A stretch of DNA of 48,774 bases, counting the filler, from Catajapyx aquilonaris (Eukaryota): NCBI GenBank assembly GCA_000934665.2. It is 2 parts of 2 records of this genome, joined end to end, with 100 filler letters (N's around TTAATTAATTAA, not from the genome) between each part and the next. Parts side by side here need not be neighbours in the genome. Positions count along the whole stretch, not along the records: positions 1 to 24,428 come from JYFJ02005541.1; 1 more part is not named here. One strand, written 5' to 3'. Below are positions 1 to 11,204 of this stretch, in pieces. The translations under genes and the position numbers were made by a program. How positions within the stretch are numbered: the first letter of the stretch is position 1; every line of letters starts with the position of its first letter. A model generated the notes under the pieces. The model was given only the letters and a program-made list of their open reading frames with translations. It was not told where the DNA came from and made no database searches.

Positions 1-742
1 TACAGAGAATGAGTTGTCAAACTTCATTTTACATTCTTTGATCTGCTCAATAAAATAGATTGCAAATGGAAGAAATTAAAATACTACGCAAACTTATAGG
101 ATTTTGCCTGTCAGCAGACAAAACACTGACCGAAACCTCCAAGTCTTCCTCCTCATCTTGTAGTGTGATGATGATGCCCAAAACAGTGGGTCAGGACAAC
201 TAGAGGAGCTTATTATAGTTAGACAGATCTTTTCTAGGCCCAAGGGAGGTCAGATACAGCATGTTAAAAGGGGGGGGGGGACATGTGACACTTTCGCTTG
301 AATTATTCCTATGAGGTTGTTATTTACATTTCTTTTTTTTTTTCCTCCCCCCACTCAAGTACATATGAAGTGAATGCTACTGATAGTGTCTTTTGAAAGC
401 CAGTTAAATTATATTTTTTTTCTGCTCTTGTTCCTGATTACATTGGTCTGAGGCTTGCACTTGAGTACAGACCCATCGCATGGCATAAGTATTGTTTTCA
501 TTCTTGGATTTTTGGCTTTTTCCAGCACTTGAATCGAGTTTGTTTGTTTGGAAATCCTCCACCACACACCTAACCTTTTTTTCTTTTTGGAGAACGATTT
601 CTGTTTGGATCCCCCAGATAATTAACCCAGTATGAAATCAAAACTTTATGAATAAATAACCTTAGCGGCACATTTGAAACAAAAATTTATCGGACACAAA
701 AGGAAGCCAACAGTTAATATGTACGAATGATTTCATTCTCAG

Positions 743-3700
743 GAACGAATTGCCAATTTGCTTGGTGTGGCAGGAACCGATGTCCCCATCAAAGAAATAG
801 AGAAGCTTACTCCCCCGTATAAGGTGAGATGAAATTATGATAACTATTAATTTGAAAAGCGAGCCTGAGATGAATTACTGACTATAATTGTGATTCTTTG
901 CAGTTGGGCGTGAATGGTTACTCATTTATGGTGACCAACAATGGTTACATCTTGTATCACAGGGATCTCAGGCCAGTGGTAAGCATTACATTTACCAAAT
1001 TCGTTTTTTATGCAATTGAATGAAAGCATTATGGTGTGCGTACTCTACTATAGAAGATTTTATTTTGCAGTTCCAGGACATTCTAAAGCCCAACTACAAT
1101 GGTGTGGACTTGAGTGAAGTGGAACTCATAGACAATAATTCAGACACACCTCGCACCAATGATTCGAATTTGTACACTGTAAGTATTATTGCCATTGTAC
1201 AAGTCTGTGAAATATTTTGACATTCACTTGAGTAAATCTTTCGCATCAGCTCCGTCGTGACATGATTGACCAAAAGACAGGAGAGTGGGCCATGAATGTC
1301 ACCATCCACTATGACCAAATGGTAGTATACAGTTTATTGGGTTTAAATTTACAACTGGGGCACATAACTTTATTTTTGGTAATTACAGAAAAGAGTAACA
1401 ACTAGGCGCCAACAGTATTACTATCAAGGGATAGAAGACACGCCATTTTCATTAGGCATTTCCCTTCCTGACGAGTATGGCCTGTATCGAATCAAGGGGG
1501 AGGTTGAGATCAAGTTGTCCGATGAAGATGGTGAGTAACCCAACTTTTTTTTGGTGAATCTCACTTTATAAAATATATTTTGCTGTTTATTGCAGTGACA
1601 AAATACTTCAAGGGCACAAACTGGAGAATACATCCAGACTGGTGAGTTTTATAGTGAGATTACTTTCTCAGCACAGATAATTAATATTACAATGTTGCAT
1701 TTCAGGGTGTACTGTGAGTACAATTACCCAGGTGAGCATCCTTTCCGCACCACCGAGGATAGGCTTATGCATTTCTTGAAAAAGACGCAAGCTCCCGGTT
1801 GGAAGTGGAAATCACAAAGGATGCGAACACCACCCAAGGACAATGAAGCAAGTGAGTGACATATGGAATTTAACATTACACTTTGTATTTAATTCTACAT
1901 AGAATGTACAATTATCATCATGTTATTTTGCAGCTCCACTCAACACTAAAAAGATGGATAAAGATTCCTACTACTGTAAGTTGCAAATTGCTTTATTCTC
2001 ACAATGTGCATTTAAACATTCATAAATATATATTTTTTTTCATGCCTTGCCAGGTGACAAGGAGCTCATTCAGTCTCTTGTTTTTGATGCAAAGGTAACA
2101 AAAGATTTCGATAGGAAGGATCACGACTATGACAGAGCCGAAGGGTAATTTCACTTTGAAAAATATTGTTAGCTGTGTCCTGTCAGCGCTTTTAGTTTGT
2201 TATGTTCAGTTTTGCTGGCATGAACCTTCCTACCTGATTCTTTTGGCCAGTTAAGCTGAAATCTCATATTACATGGCTGTGTACGTGTGAAACTGGTCTC
2301 CTGATATTCATGAAACAAAAACACTGTTTCTCTTATTTAACCTTCAGGAAAAGTTAATCAATCAAAAATTATAATTACTCATGGAGTTAATGATAAGCAT
2401 ATTGAACAAGGTTAAATGAGAAGAAATCATTAGAATAGAGCTTAACATATGCATACAGGATGACAAAGTAAGTATGTCACAGATATGGTACTGTCATTGT
2501 ACATTATGACACATAATCACACAGAATATCTGGGTTCCAGGAGATCAGATTGCATGATTGTTGCAGCTAATTACCCTCTCCTGATTACACAAGCTGTGGT
2601 TTAATTATGTTCGCTTTTTGTTAGCTTTGATGTTATTAATTGAACAATTAATGAGCACTGGTTCTCTTTTAATGTCTTTATGCACTAACTTAATCTGTTC
2701 GCTTTGTACACTTTGGAAGGCCACTAGGCATACTCATGGCCCTACTGCCCAGGTAAAGTACGAGTAAAATTATACACAAACTCAGAAGTCTGTCTTGGGA
2801 GAAGTATAATTATGAAGTGAAAAGAATATTAGGGTGCCAAGAAAACACATGTAGAACACTCGTGGCATCAGAAAATCTAAGCTGTGTCATGAAATAATTT
2901 GTGGAGAGTACTGAAAAATCCAGAGGTGAAGTGTTACAATGTGGTAAATAATATATTATAAGTAGTTATAGTTAGCAAGTGTTGTCTTTCAGGTTGGATT
3001 TAATGTCTTTCATTTTATGATTCCTTTCTTAGTTCCAATCAAAGGAATGGTAAACTGATATGAAATTTCTCTCTTTTCTACCCAGCTCCAAATTAACAAA
3101 TCTTTCTTTCTTCCTAAGCTTACATAAACAGTTCACAATAGATTATTCTGTAGATAAACAATGATGTGTTATTACAGTTGAATCCGGTTGTAACAGCTTC
3201 GGCTACCACAGACTCAAAAGGCCGGTCCTGCCATACTTCCGTATGTATATGGCCTTTGTATCCGGCTATAATAGACCCTTGAAGTCTGTTATATCCGGAT
3301 TGAAGTGTATTAATATTATTAACATAAAATATTATATAGTAAGGTATAATTAATCACATTAAGCAGTTATTCATATTTCAATAAGGGTACAGGATTCTTA
3401 CAGTATCATTGTACCATTAGCTCTTGATTGTACGTATATTCCTTCGAACAATTTATTTCGATTAATGTTGGCAGATATTACCCAAAAATTATGCATCATG
3501 TATGCCAGAAATGCCCAAATGGTGGTGACTTAATTTCCTCTGGTGTGGCCCCTCAGTTCTTGCCTTCTGCTGATATACGTTGTCACTTTATTTCCATATT
3601 TCTGCCATATTTTGAGAGGTTCCGAAGCCAAACCAAATATAAAATGAGCACTTACTTATGAAGATGTAATGTTTATTTTCACCTTGCCAATGCAGTCATG

Positions 3701-6700
3701 CAACTTTTGGTTTTTTAAATATATAATTTGTTTAAAAAAATCTCAGAAAGTGAAGAATGTTGGAAATGTAACAAACATTATTTACTAAAGTAAAAATAAG
3801 CCTGTGTAAAGATATTATGACATAATTATTATTGTTTTTGCAAAAACATTATTTTGTATGGAAATATTATTTTGTTTATCAGTCATAATATTATACTTGT
3901 ACTGTACTACATGTTTCAATCATGGAAGAGTTCCTTCAACATTGCATCACAGTAATAATTATCACAAGCAAATAACACAGCTCATGCATTTGCTGCATTT
4001 GTACAAGTATGATCTTGGTATGACACTTTATGAATTTCTATTCCTGTTCATATTGGCAGAGGCAAATTTCAAGGTGTCTCCTGTTTGATGTATTTTAATT
4101 CAAGTTAATGTGTACCAAGCATTTATCACATGTTATTTGCTTTCAGCTGCTGGTGTATTGATTTTTTTTACTGCAATTTGTATACAAATGTTGCGATTTA
4201 TTTGTTAGAGTTGCACAAAGGTACACATTGCTCACTCCTGCAACAGGAAAGTTACAAGAGTGCTATTATTTGAATATGTTAGGATATTATTATACAGCCA
4301 ATCCATAGTGTCATACGATCATTCACTATTTGAATTTTCATTTCTACAGTCTCAAATTTTTGCTACCAAATAAATAGTTTATGCTCTCTAACTAATTTTG
4401 GACATGACTGTGGCTTTTAAAACATGACCCAATTTTGCGGGCAAACAACCTGGTTGCATAACATGGAGTGTCTGTAATCTACTTATTTAGATTATCTAAT
4501 CGTAGGGTATACGTAGGACCATAATGTAGGCATACAAAAAATCTAGTACTAACTCCACAAATCGTCTTTGGCCAGTAAATGGGTATAATACGTACTAGCC
4601 AAATGATTATGTACACTTGCACATGTATTCTCTGCTAGCATAAAAATGTAATTGGCTTACTGATACATGCATATCAGTATGCTATTATCAAAACATGTAA
4701 AAAATTGACTAAACTAATATTACGTTCGCATCAGGTTCACTTGATTAGGCCACAATCAAATTTTTCAGGAACACTTGTTACCTATGCTAAAACCACTTAT
4801 CAGCATTGCAGAAAGTAATGAGAATGAATATGTATATTTCATTTTTTTTTCTGTGCAAAATTGATTCATACGTCTAATGTTGGGTATTTACAAATAATTT
4901 GTGCTCTGAAGTCTGAACATCAAATACTCTGTAAATATGAACGCCCTACTTTCGGAACAGAAATTTCTCATTACTTTGTGTATAGCAGATAAATACTTGC
5001 TGCCAACAACACATGAGGATGTGCATTTCAGCAGAGCCAACGAAGTCCAGCGAAGGCCTGAATTTACAGCCAGTTGTAATCTTTCCAGACAAGGCTTCTT
5101 CCAAATGTTTGGCATCACCCTTGCGTTTGTGGCCACCCGAAGTGGCCTCACCCGATGGCAGGACCACTCAACCTGGGAAGGGAAGGACAACAGTACTGAA
5201 CCGTGAGTTTTAGTGGAAAACTTGTGGTGCTCATCTTGATTAAGCAGTGTTCGTGTCTGTGCCAAGTCAGCATCCAGGGCACACTACCGCAGGGTCGTCC
5301 TTGCACCATGAAAAATTATATAGCCATAGTCAGCAGAGATGTGTTAGACTCTTATTTGACATATTATCCTGAGCCTTTAATATGCAATTCAGAATTCACA
5401 ATATAGTTAATAATAAATAAAGTTAAACAAGAACATGTAAAGGTACAGATGCTGGTTTGTCAATGATGCAAGGCATTTATATTAATGTTTTCTTGCCACT
5501 ATTTGGTGGGTAATGTGTAAATCTTCAATTCAGGCATTTTAGTGACATCCACAACAGAGCCATTGATGAGATATGGTATCGAAGGGCTGTGGACCAGTAC
5601 ACCAGTATGAAGGAAGGGTTTGTGCTTTCTGTGCCTTTTGATGCAGGTGAGCTTTTAATTATTTCTTTGTTTATTTTACAGAAGATTAAAATGTACTTGT
5701 CTTTATTTGCAGGAATGCGTAACAACAGTTTGGTCACCGCAACGTATGCTATTTTTCATGAGCACAATGGCCACAAGGCACCTGCAGCTGTGGTCGGCTT
5801 GCAGTTCTTGCATTCAGTATTCGCGGAGACGTTCATGAATATCACATCTGGAGTAAGTTTGTAATCATCTGCATTTGTTAATATGATTCCTTTTTTTAAA
5901 AAAGACTGCTAGAATTTTGTGTAGCATTTATTTTACCATCTGACCAGTTAAAATTAGCTACTCAGGTCTTAATAAAAGTTTCATAGTAAGGGAACAATGC
6001 AAGTTTTGCAGATATATGTCATAATATGAATAACTTCATTTGTAACTCGGTTGTTGACACAATTTCATTCTTATATACCTCTTACTGTTGCCTTGGGGGA
6101 TAGAAATTACTTGAAGATTATAACTCCTTCACCTATGATTATTATTAGCGTAGGATAATGTAAATTAATACATTACACCCTTTATATTTAAAATGTACAA
6201 TTAAGATGATTTTACCGAACTGTTACTTTCAGTGCACTGGACATGGTGACTGCAAGACAACTTGTGCTTCCGACCTGATCTACTGCTACGTACTAGACGC
6301 CAATGGTTTTGTTGTAATCTCGGAGAAGCATGAGCACACTGGCCGATTTTTTGGAGAGATCGATGGAACCATAATGGATTCGCTGGTGCAGGACGGAATC
6401 TACAAGAGAGTCCACGTGTTTGATTACCAGGCTGTCTGCATGGATGTGGTTAAAAGGGGAAATGATGCCAGCTTTCTCTTGGCGGTAAGGAATGTCATTA
6501 TATACTTCATATCATTTGAAATTGTATATAATACTTACCCAATGTCGTTTTTAACAGCCTCTCCATCACCTGAAGTGGCTTCTGCACTGGTTACTGGGCA
6601 AACTGGCCTGGATAATTGTCCAGACCAACCTTCACCTCCTGTGGGACTTTGCCTGGGTAGAAGCCCACGCTACATCTGCCACTGAGGAAGCAGCCTGGGC

Positions 6701-7804
6701 GGAATCAGAAGCTACCATAACATGTAAGGCAAACAAGGAAGCTTCCTTACGAAAAATGTGCCCAATGCAAAATGACAATAGACCTGTCTATTTATCCTAA
6801 TAATTCAGTGTGACCTTTCACTGCGAATAGGCTAACATATGTACTGTACTACTTTTATAGTACGTAATATGACTAGATTTTTGCTCCATGTTTTTGTTAG
6901 CATCTTGTACTAATATTTTGCAAAAATGTTTACAGCGGTGCAATACACGGACGACATTTATGATTCGATGCAGACCCCATATACGATGGCCCAGGAAGGA
7001 GGTCCCTTCCCATTCCTGGACCTAGCCTACATCAACAAGACTCGCCCCCGCCCCTGCGACAAGGAGGTGGATCTGTACATCCTACAGCATGAAAGACTAT
7101 ATCAGAACAGGGAGCCAAAGCCGCTCAAAGGAAAGCTCACCAACTGTCACACTTCTGGCTGTGAACGGTCAGTCACTTGGCTTTCATCTTTGGAAGGTTT
7201 TTTAAAAAATGTTGCAGCTACTGGAGAATCATTGACGAACGATTTTGAATTTCATTGAGAAGAGATCTACGATGTAAAATAGTAAATTATCACGTTGTTT
7301 GAATCTGACTCATTCATTACTCTAAATTGATGAGCAGAAGATGTGTTGCATGAAATTCACCATTTGATGAATAATTCTGATAGTATGACCCGTATGGTTG
7401 CCCAACATTCTCTTTTGCTTACAGGCCTTTCAGTGTGCAGAAGATTCCATTTACAAACTTGATCTTGCTGGTGGCAGACACATTCTGCCCTTGTGAAAGC
7501 AAATTGCTCAGCATAACCCCGAAAGAGGTGTACAATGACACTTCATTCTGCGCAAAGATGACTGCAAATACCTACCGAAAGAGGCCCAAGTACTGCAAGA
7601 ACTACCATCCAGAGGTGAGTTGTTGCCGTACTACATGAAGGAAATTGTTATCACCAAACATTTGAATAAAATTGTAACACAAGCAAATCTTCATTTCAGG
7701 AGGAGCATATAAAAGCATGCGGCGGAGGTGCCAACTTATCAGCCATTCCGGAGATGGTGTTCGTTGTTGTGGTGGCCATTGCGAGGTGGCTGCCGTTGTC
7801 TTGA
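743..7804 (+). CDS. CACNA2D3: Voltage-dependent calcium channel subunit alpha-2/delta (alpha-2/delta-3 / straightjacket-like), 5'-partial, multi-exon
   Basis: Phase-compatible GT-AG exons read by hand: 743-823, 904-978, 1071-1178, 1250-1321, 1389-1530, 1596-1641, 1706-1851, 1934-1975, 2054-2144, (2720-2752 cassette), 5089-5202, 5534-5646, 5713-5852, 6233-6484, 6558-6723, 6936-7167, 7425-7614, 7700-7804 (TGA). Family motifs: LLGVAGTDVP, LGVNGYSFMVTNNGYILYH.DLRP, CDKELIQSLVFDA, FVATRSGLTRW, WYRRAV, CYVLDANGFVVIS..TGRFFGEIDG, QKIPFTNLILLV, YRKRP..C.NYHPEE. Ends CGG plus a hydrophobic tail typical of the GPI-anchor signal. The N-terminal/VWA part lies upstream of the window. Confidence 0.93.
2720..2752 (+). 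CDS. 33-nt symmetric cassette microexon of the alpha-2/delta gene (G)PLGILMALLP(R)
   Basis: Branch-point-like CACTAAC at ~2683, AAG acceptor at 2717-2719, AG|GTAAAG donor at 2753. Phase 2/2 matches flanking exons 2054-2144 and 5089-5202, and the frame is open. Confidence 0.7.
3175..3307. mobile_element. MITE of the CAGTTGAATCCGG family (Tc1/mariner-pogo/Tigger-like), copy 1
   Basis: TA-CAGTTGAATCCGG...CCGGATTGAAGTG-TA terminal inverted repeats; homologous to copies at 23932, 38360 and 46539. Confidence 0.7.
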
Positions 7805-10522
7805 TGCCAATTCACAGACCCTACCTTTGGTGCCAGATTTTAAATAACACAGATTGCGACAAAAGAGTTTAAAAAAAAAAAAGTAATTAAGCTGGTGAGA
7901 TATGTTAAGCAGCTGGGCTGCCCAAAAAATTTGGGGGTGATGAGAGTGGACTTTTTTAAAAATGGGGATGAGGCGAGTGAACTGTTTTTTTGTACAGAAA
8001 ATGAAAAATCATCCAAAAAAAAAAATCTACTTAGGAGGACTGGTTTATACAGCAATCTAGATTGTTTTATTGGTACTTTTGCGGTTTTTGGGTCGAGTGT
8101 GGTATTTCTTTTAATCGCTGTCTTTTTATCCAAGTGTCTAATTTTGACCTCCCTCAAAAGGTGACCTTTTGCCTTACTGGAGTCACCTTTCGGCACTTAG
8201 TATCATTTCCACATTTGTTTCGTTTTTTAAGGTTCCAATTCTCTACATGTTCCCAGGGAATCCCACCCCCCAAAAAAAACCATTATATTTAGAGAATAAG
8301 AAATGTTAGCTTTACCACTGCGCCATGAAATAAGGTAAAAATCAGATTTCCTTTTTTTTCTTCTTCTTCTTCAAAATGTAACTATGTAACTACGGACCAG
8401 AATTTTTGCTACTACGACATTCTGTGGTGGCAGTTTTTTCAAGGAAATGATGAAAACAACATTTTTTTTTTTTGCTTTTGAAACCGCATATCAAAGAGAA
8501 TATTGATAATCACCAGAAGAAAAAAACATTTTTTGGGCAAAGGGAAAGTTGTCATTTTACCTCATGTTAAATATCTCCATTCAAATTGTGTGTTGTAGCA
8601 GCTTATTCTCTAGGGTAGCATGGTAGGAAAACTATTGGCAATCTTGCGGAAAAAAAAAAACGAGGCATGTTTTTGAGGTTTACAGGAAAAGGAAACTTTT
8701 TCAAATCGAGCATCAGCTTCATTTGTACTGTACATAAATACTATGATAAATAGAATCTTTATAATTTCTTCTATCGTGAGATTTAAAAAGCTTGACGAAT
8801 TGTAGAGAGATATGAAAACTAATGTTGCGGGAGTTGCTATGATTTAACATCTCCGCGTTGAATGAGATTTTTTTTTTTAAAAGCGAATGGTCAGGCATAA
8901 TCCGGGAGTGTTAGTGTTTGGCTTAGAGGTGGGCAAGGTACATGACATGCGTCTTTGATACTGGGTGCAAGGTATTTTTAAAGCCTACTAAAGGAAGTTC
9001 AGGTCCAAATGAGTGGCCCGGTATGAACTCCATCAGTTGCCGTTAAATTTTATATGACGTAAAGCTAATGGAACTGCTCCGAGTGTGAATTATTGCTAGA
9101 ATCAGCATCCGCAGGGATTAGATCAATCTCTAGATACTGACTGACAGATTCAAAGAATTTGAAAGTTTAATAAATAATCATATACTTTTTTAAAGTTGTG
9201 ATTGAGACCAGCTGTAGTTCAAGTAGTTCTGCAGGCAGTTATTATGGATTGCATTAGATGTCATTATTTCTTCAATCATTTTGGCGATGTATGAAAGATA
9301 TGAAAATGTCAGTATCTTGCAACATGAACGATACATTTGTGTCCTACCACCTCTGGCTAATTAGGTTCTGTTATCTAGTTGTGTTTATATTTAATTTTAA
9401 ACTATTGTCATGCAAGAACCACTTTTTGCATTTGATGATGAACAAGTTTGGGGGAAGAAATTTTTACATATTTGCTTGTACCTGGTAGCGCCTAGGTGAG
9501 AAGGAGTCACAATCATTTTTATCAGTGCTCATCCACTATAAATCTGACAATAAAAATTGTAACAATAATCACTGATTGTGAACTGGCAAAGAATGAACGG
9601 GATAGGAACAAGGTAGGAGGAAAAGTTAGAGAGAGAGAAGAGTCGGGGTAAAACGGAAGAAATTCTGTTTTAACCTTGGGAACAATGAAAAGATGGTTGC
9701 CAGAAAGCGTACCAATGTGAGGAAGCATAAATAACAATGGTGACGGCTGTAACAAAGTCTTCCAGTAGAAATGTAACTAGGCAGCCTAGGAGCACGTAAA
9801 CCCAGAGATAAACTTTGCCTGAGGTTTCGGTGACACTGAGCAAATTTTGAAATATGTGGCCCAGCGAGAAAGAGTACGAGCGAGCGAGAGAGCGAGAGAG
9901 GCAATTGTGACACTTAGCTAACAGTAATATATAGTTGGAATTTATTTTTGTTACATGTGTGTGATCTATTAGTGAAGCTGGATCACTTCATTTCTTTTTC
10001 GGGGGAAAACACAGGAAAAAAAAAATGAGTGATTTTTGATCTCTCGTGTACTTAGATCCTCCCCGCTCCACCCCCCCTCCAATTTTAAAAATTATCATTT
10101 TTAATTTACATCACAAGAGATGATATGTCACTATTTCAAGCATCACTTGTGTGTGAGGGGGGGGGACACCAATTTTTGGGGGTGATTTGTGGGATGTTGG
10201 GATTTGTCACTTTTTCAGCGCTCCGATCTTAGTCACTATAGTTGTTTAAGTTTGCTATACTTGAGAATAAAAAAAATAAGGGGGGCAATTGACAGGAAAT
10301 GCCTCGTTAAAGCAGTTGACATGCAGGTTTAATTAACTCGTCCTTTTTCTGCCTGAGATCAGTTTAACAAAGTTATAGTTAACAATACATATTGTAATAT
10401 ATTGTTACCAATTGCTACCAGTGTGCATGTGTGTATTGTGCTACATTTCCAAGCAAAAAAGTGGGAAATGACAGGGGGAGGGGGGGATAATATAAAGCAA
10501 CAAAAAAATAATACTAAATAAT

Positions 10523-10923
10523 TTAACAAAGACCATGTTTGGAATACACTTGAATTATTTGTATTGTAATAATGGCTGCAAATCTTTGTCCATCTTGAAG
10601 CTGATGAATTCTTCCTAGAAGTTTTAAAAATGCAATAAAGTAGCCCTTGATTCTCAAAAGCCATATTTGTTTTTACTCTTTCAGTTTCGTCCATGGCTTC
10701 CACTCATTGTAAGTGGGAATGCAAAAAAAAAAAAAAAAAAATGCTGATTTTGGCGGGATCACTTACTTCCAAGCCTTGCTGGAATCCAGACAGAGACTGA
10801 CTATAAACCAAAAAAAATCACTCTGGCGGCCAGAGGGAACACTAATCACATCCTATTCTGGGGCGCGACTGTGCTGCCGCCTACGGGATAGATAGGACAG
10901 TTAGCCGTTCGGGCGCTCCACAT
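10523..10923 (-). other. Candidate three-exon transcript (microprotein or lncRNA) divergent from SMC6
   Basis: Minus-strand splice signals: CCC|gtaggc (10884), ttttttggtttatag| (10801), 34-nt exon 10800-10767, GAA|gtaagt (10766), cttctag| (10615). No homology recognised. Confidence 0.4.
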
Positions 10924-11204
10924 GGTTGGAAATAAGGATCATGCTGGTGACCCGCGCTGGTGACAAAGAGCAAAGGCTGTCACACTGTGTCGCAGGGGTC
11001 AGCTGCGTTCTTCCGGTTAGTGGCTGCTGTTCTAAGAGGAAGCCTTAGAAGCCGTGTGGCAAGACGGGTAAGAAGCAGGGGTGGGTTAGCCCCCATAAGC
11101 ATGTAGTTTAGCATGTTCGAACATGCACCTAGGTTAGAATAACATGGAAGGCGTTGTTGATTCGAATGTCGGCATAATCTGAAGTAATTTTGATTTGCAG
11201 TGAG

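Noticed and set aside
3033..3049. 17-nt microexon (ttcttag|TTCCAATCAAAGGAATG|gtaaac)
   Set aside because: Not frame-preserving alone; it would need pairing with another exon through an unusual GAG acceptor.
7328..7380. Intronic C/D-box snoRNA (TGATGA...CTGA)
   Set aside because: Only ~53 nt, no terminal stem, no recognisable rRNA antisense element.
10655..10705. Hammerhead ribozyme-like words (GACGAAAC, CTGAAAGA) on the minus strand
   Set aside because: The motifs overlap, leaving no room for stems I and III, and the core is not CUGANGA.
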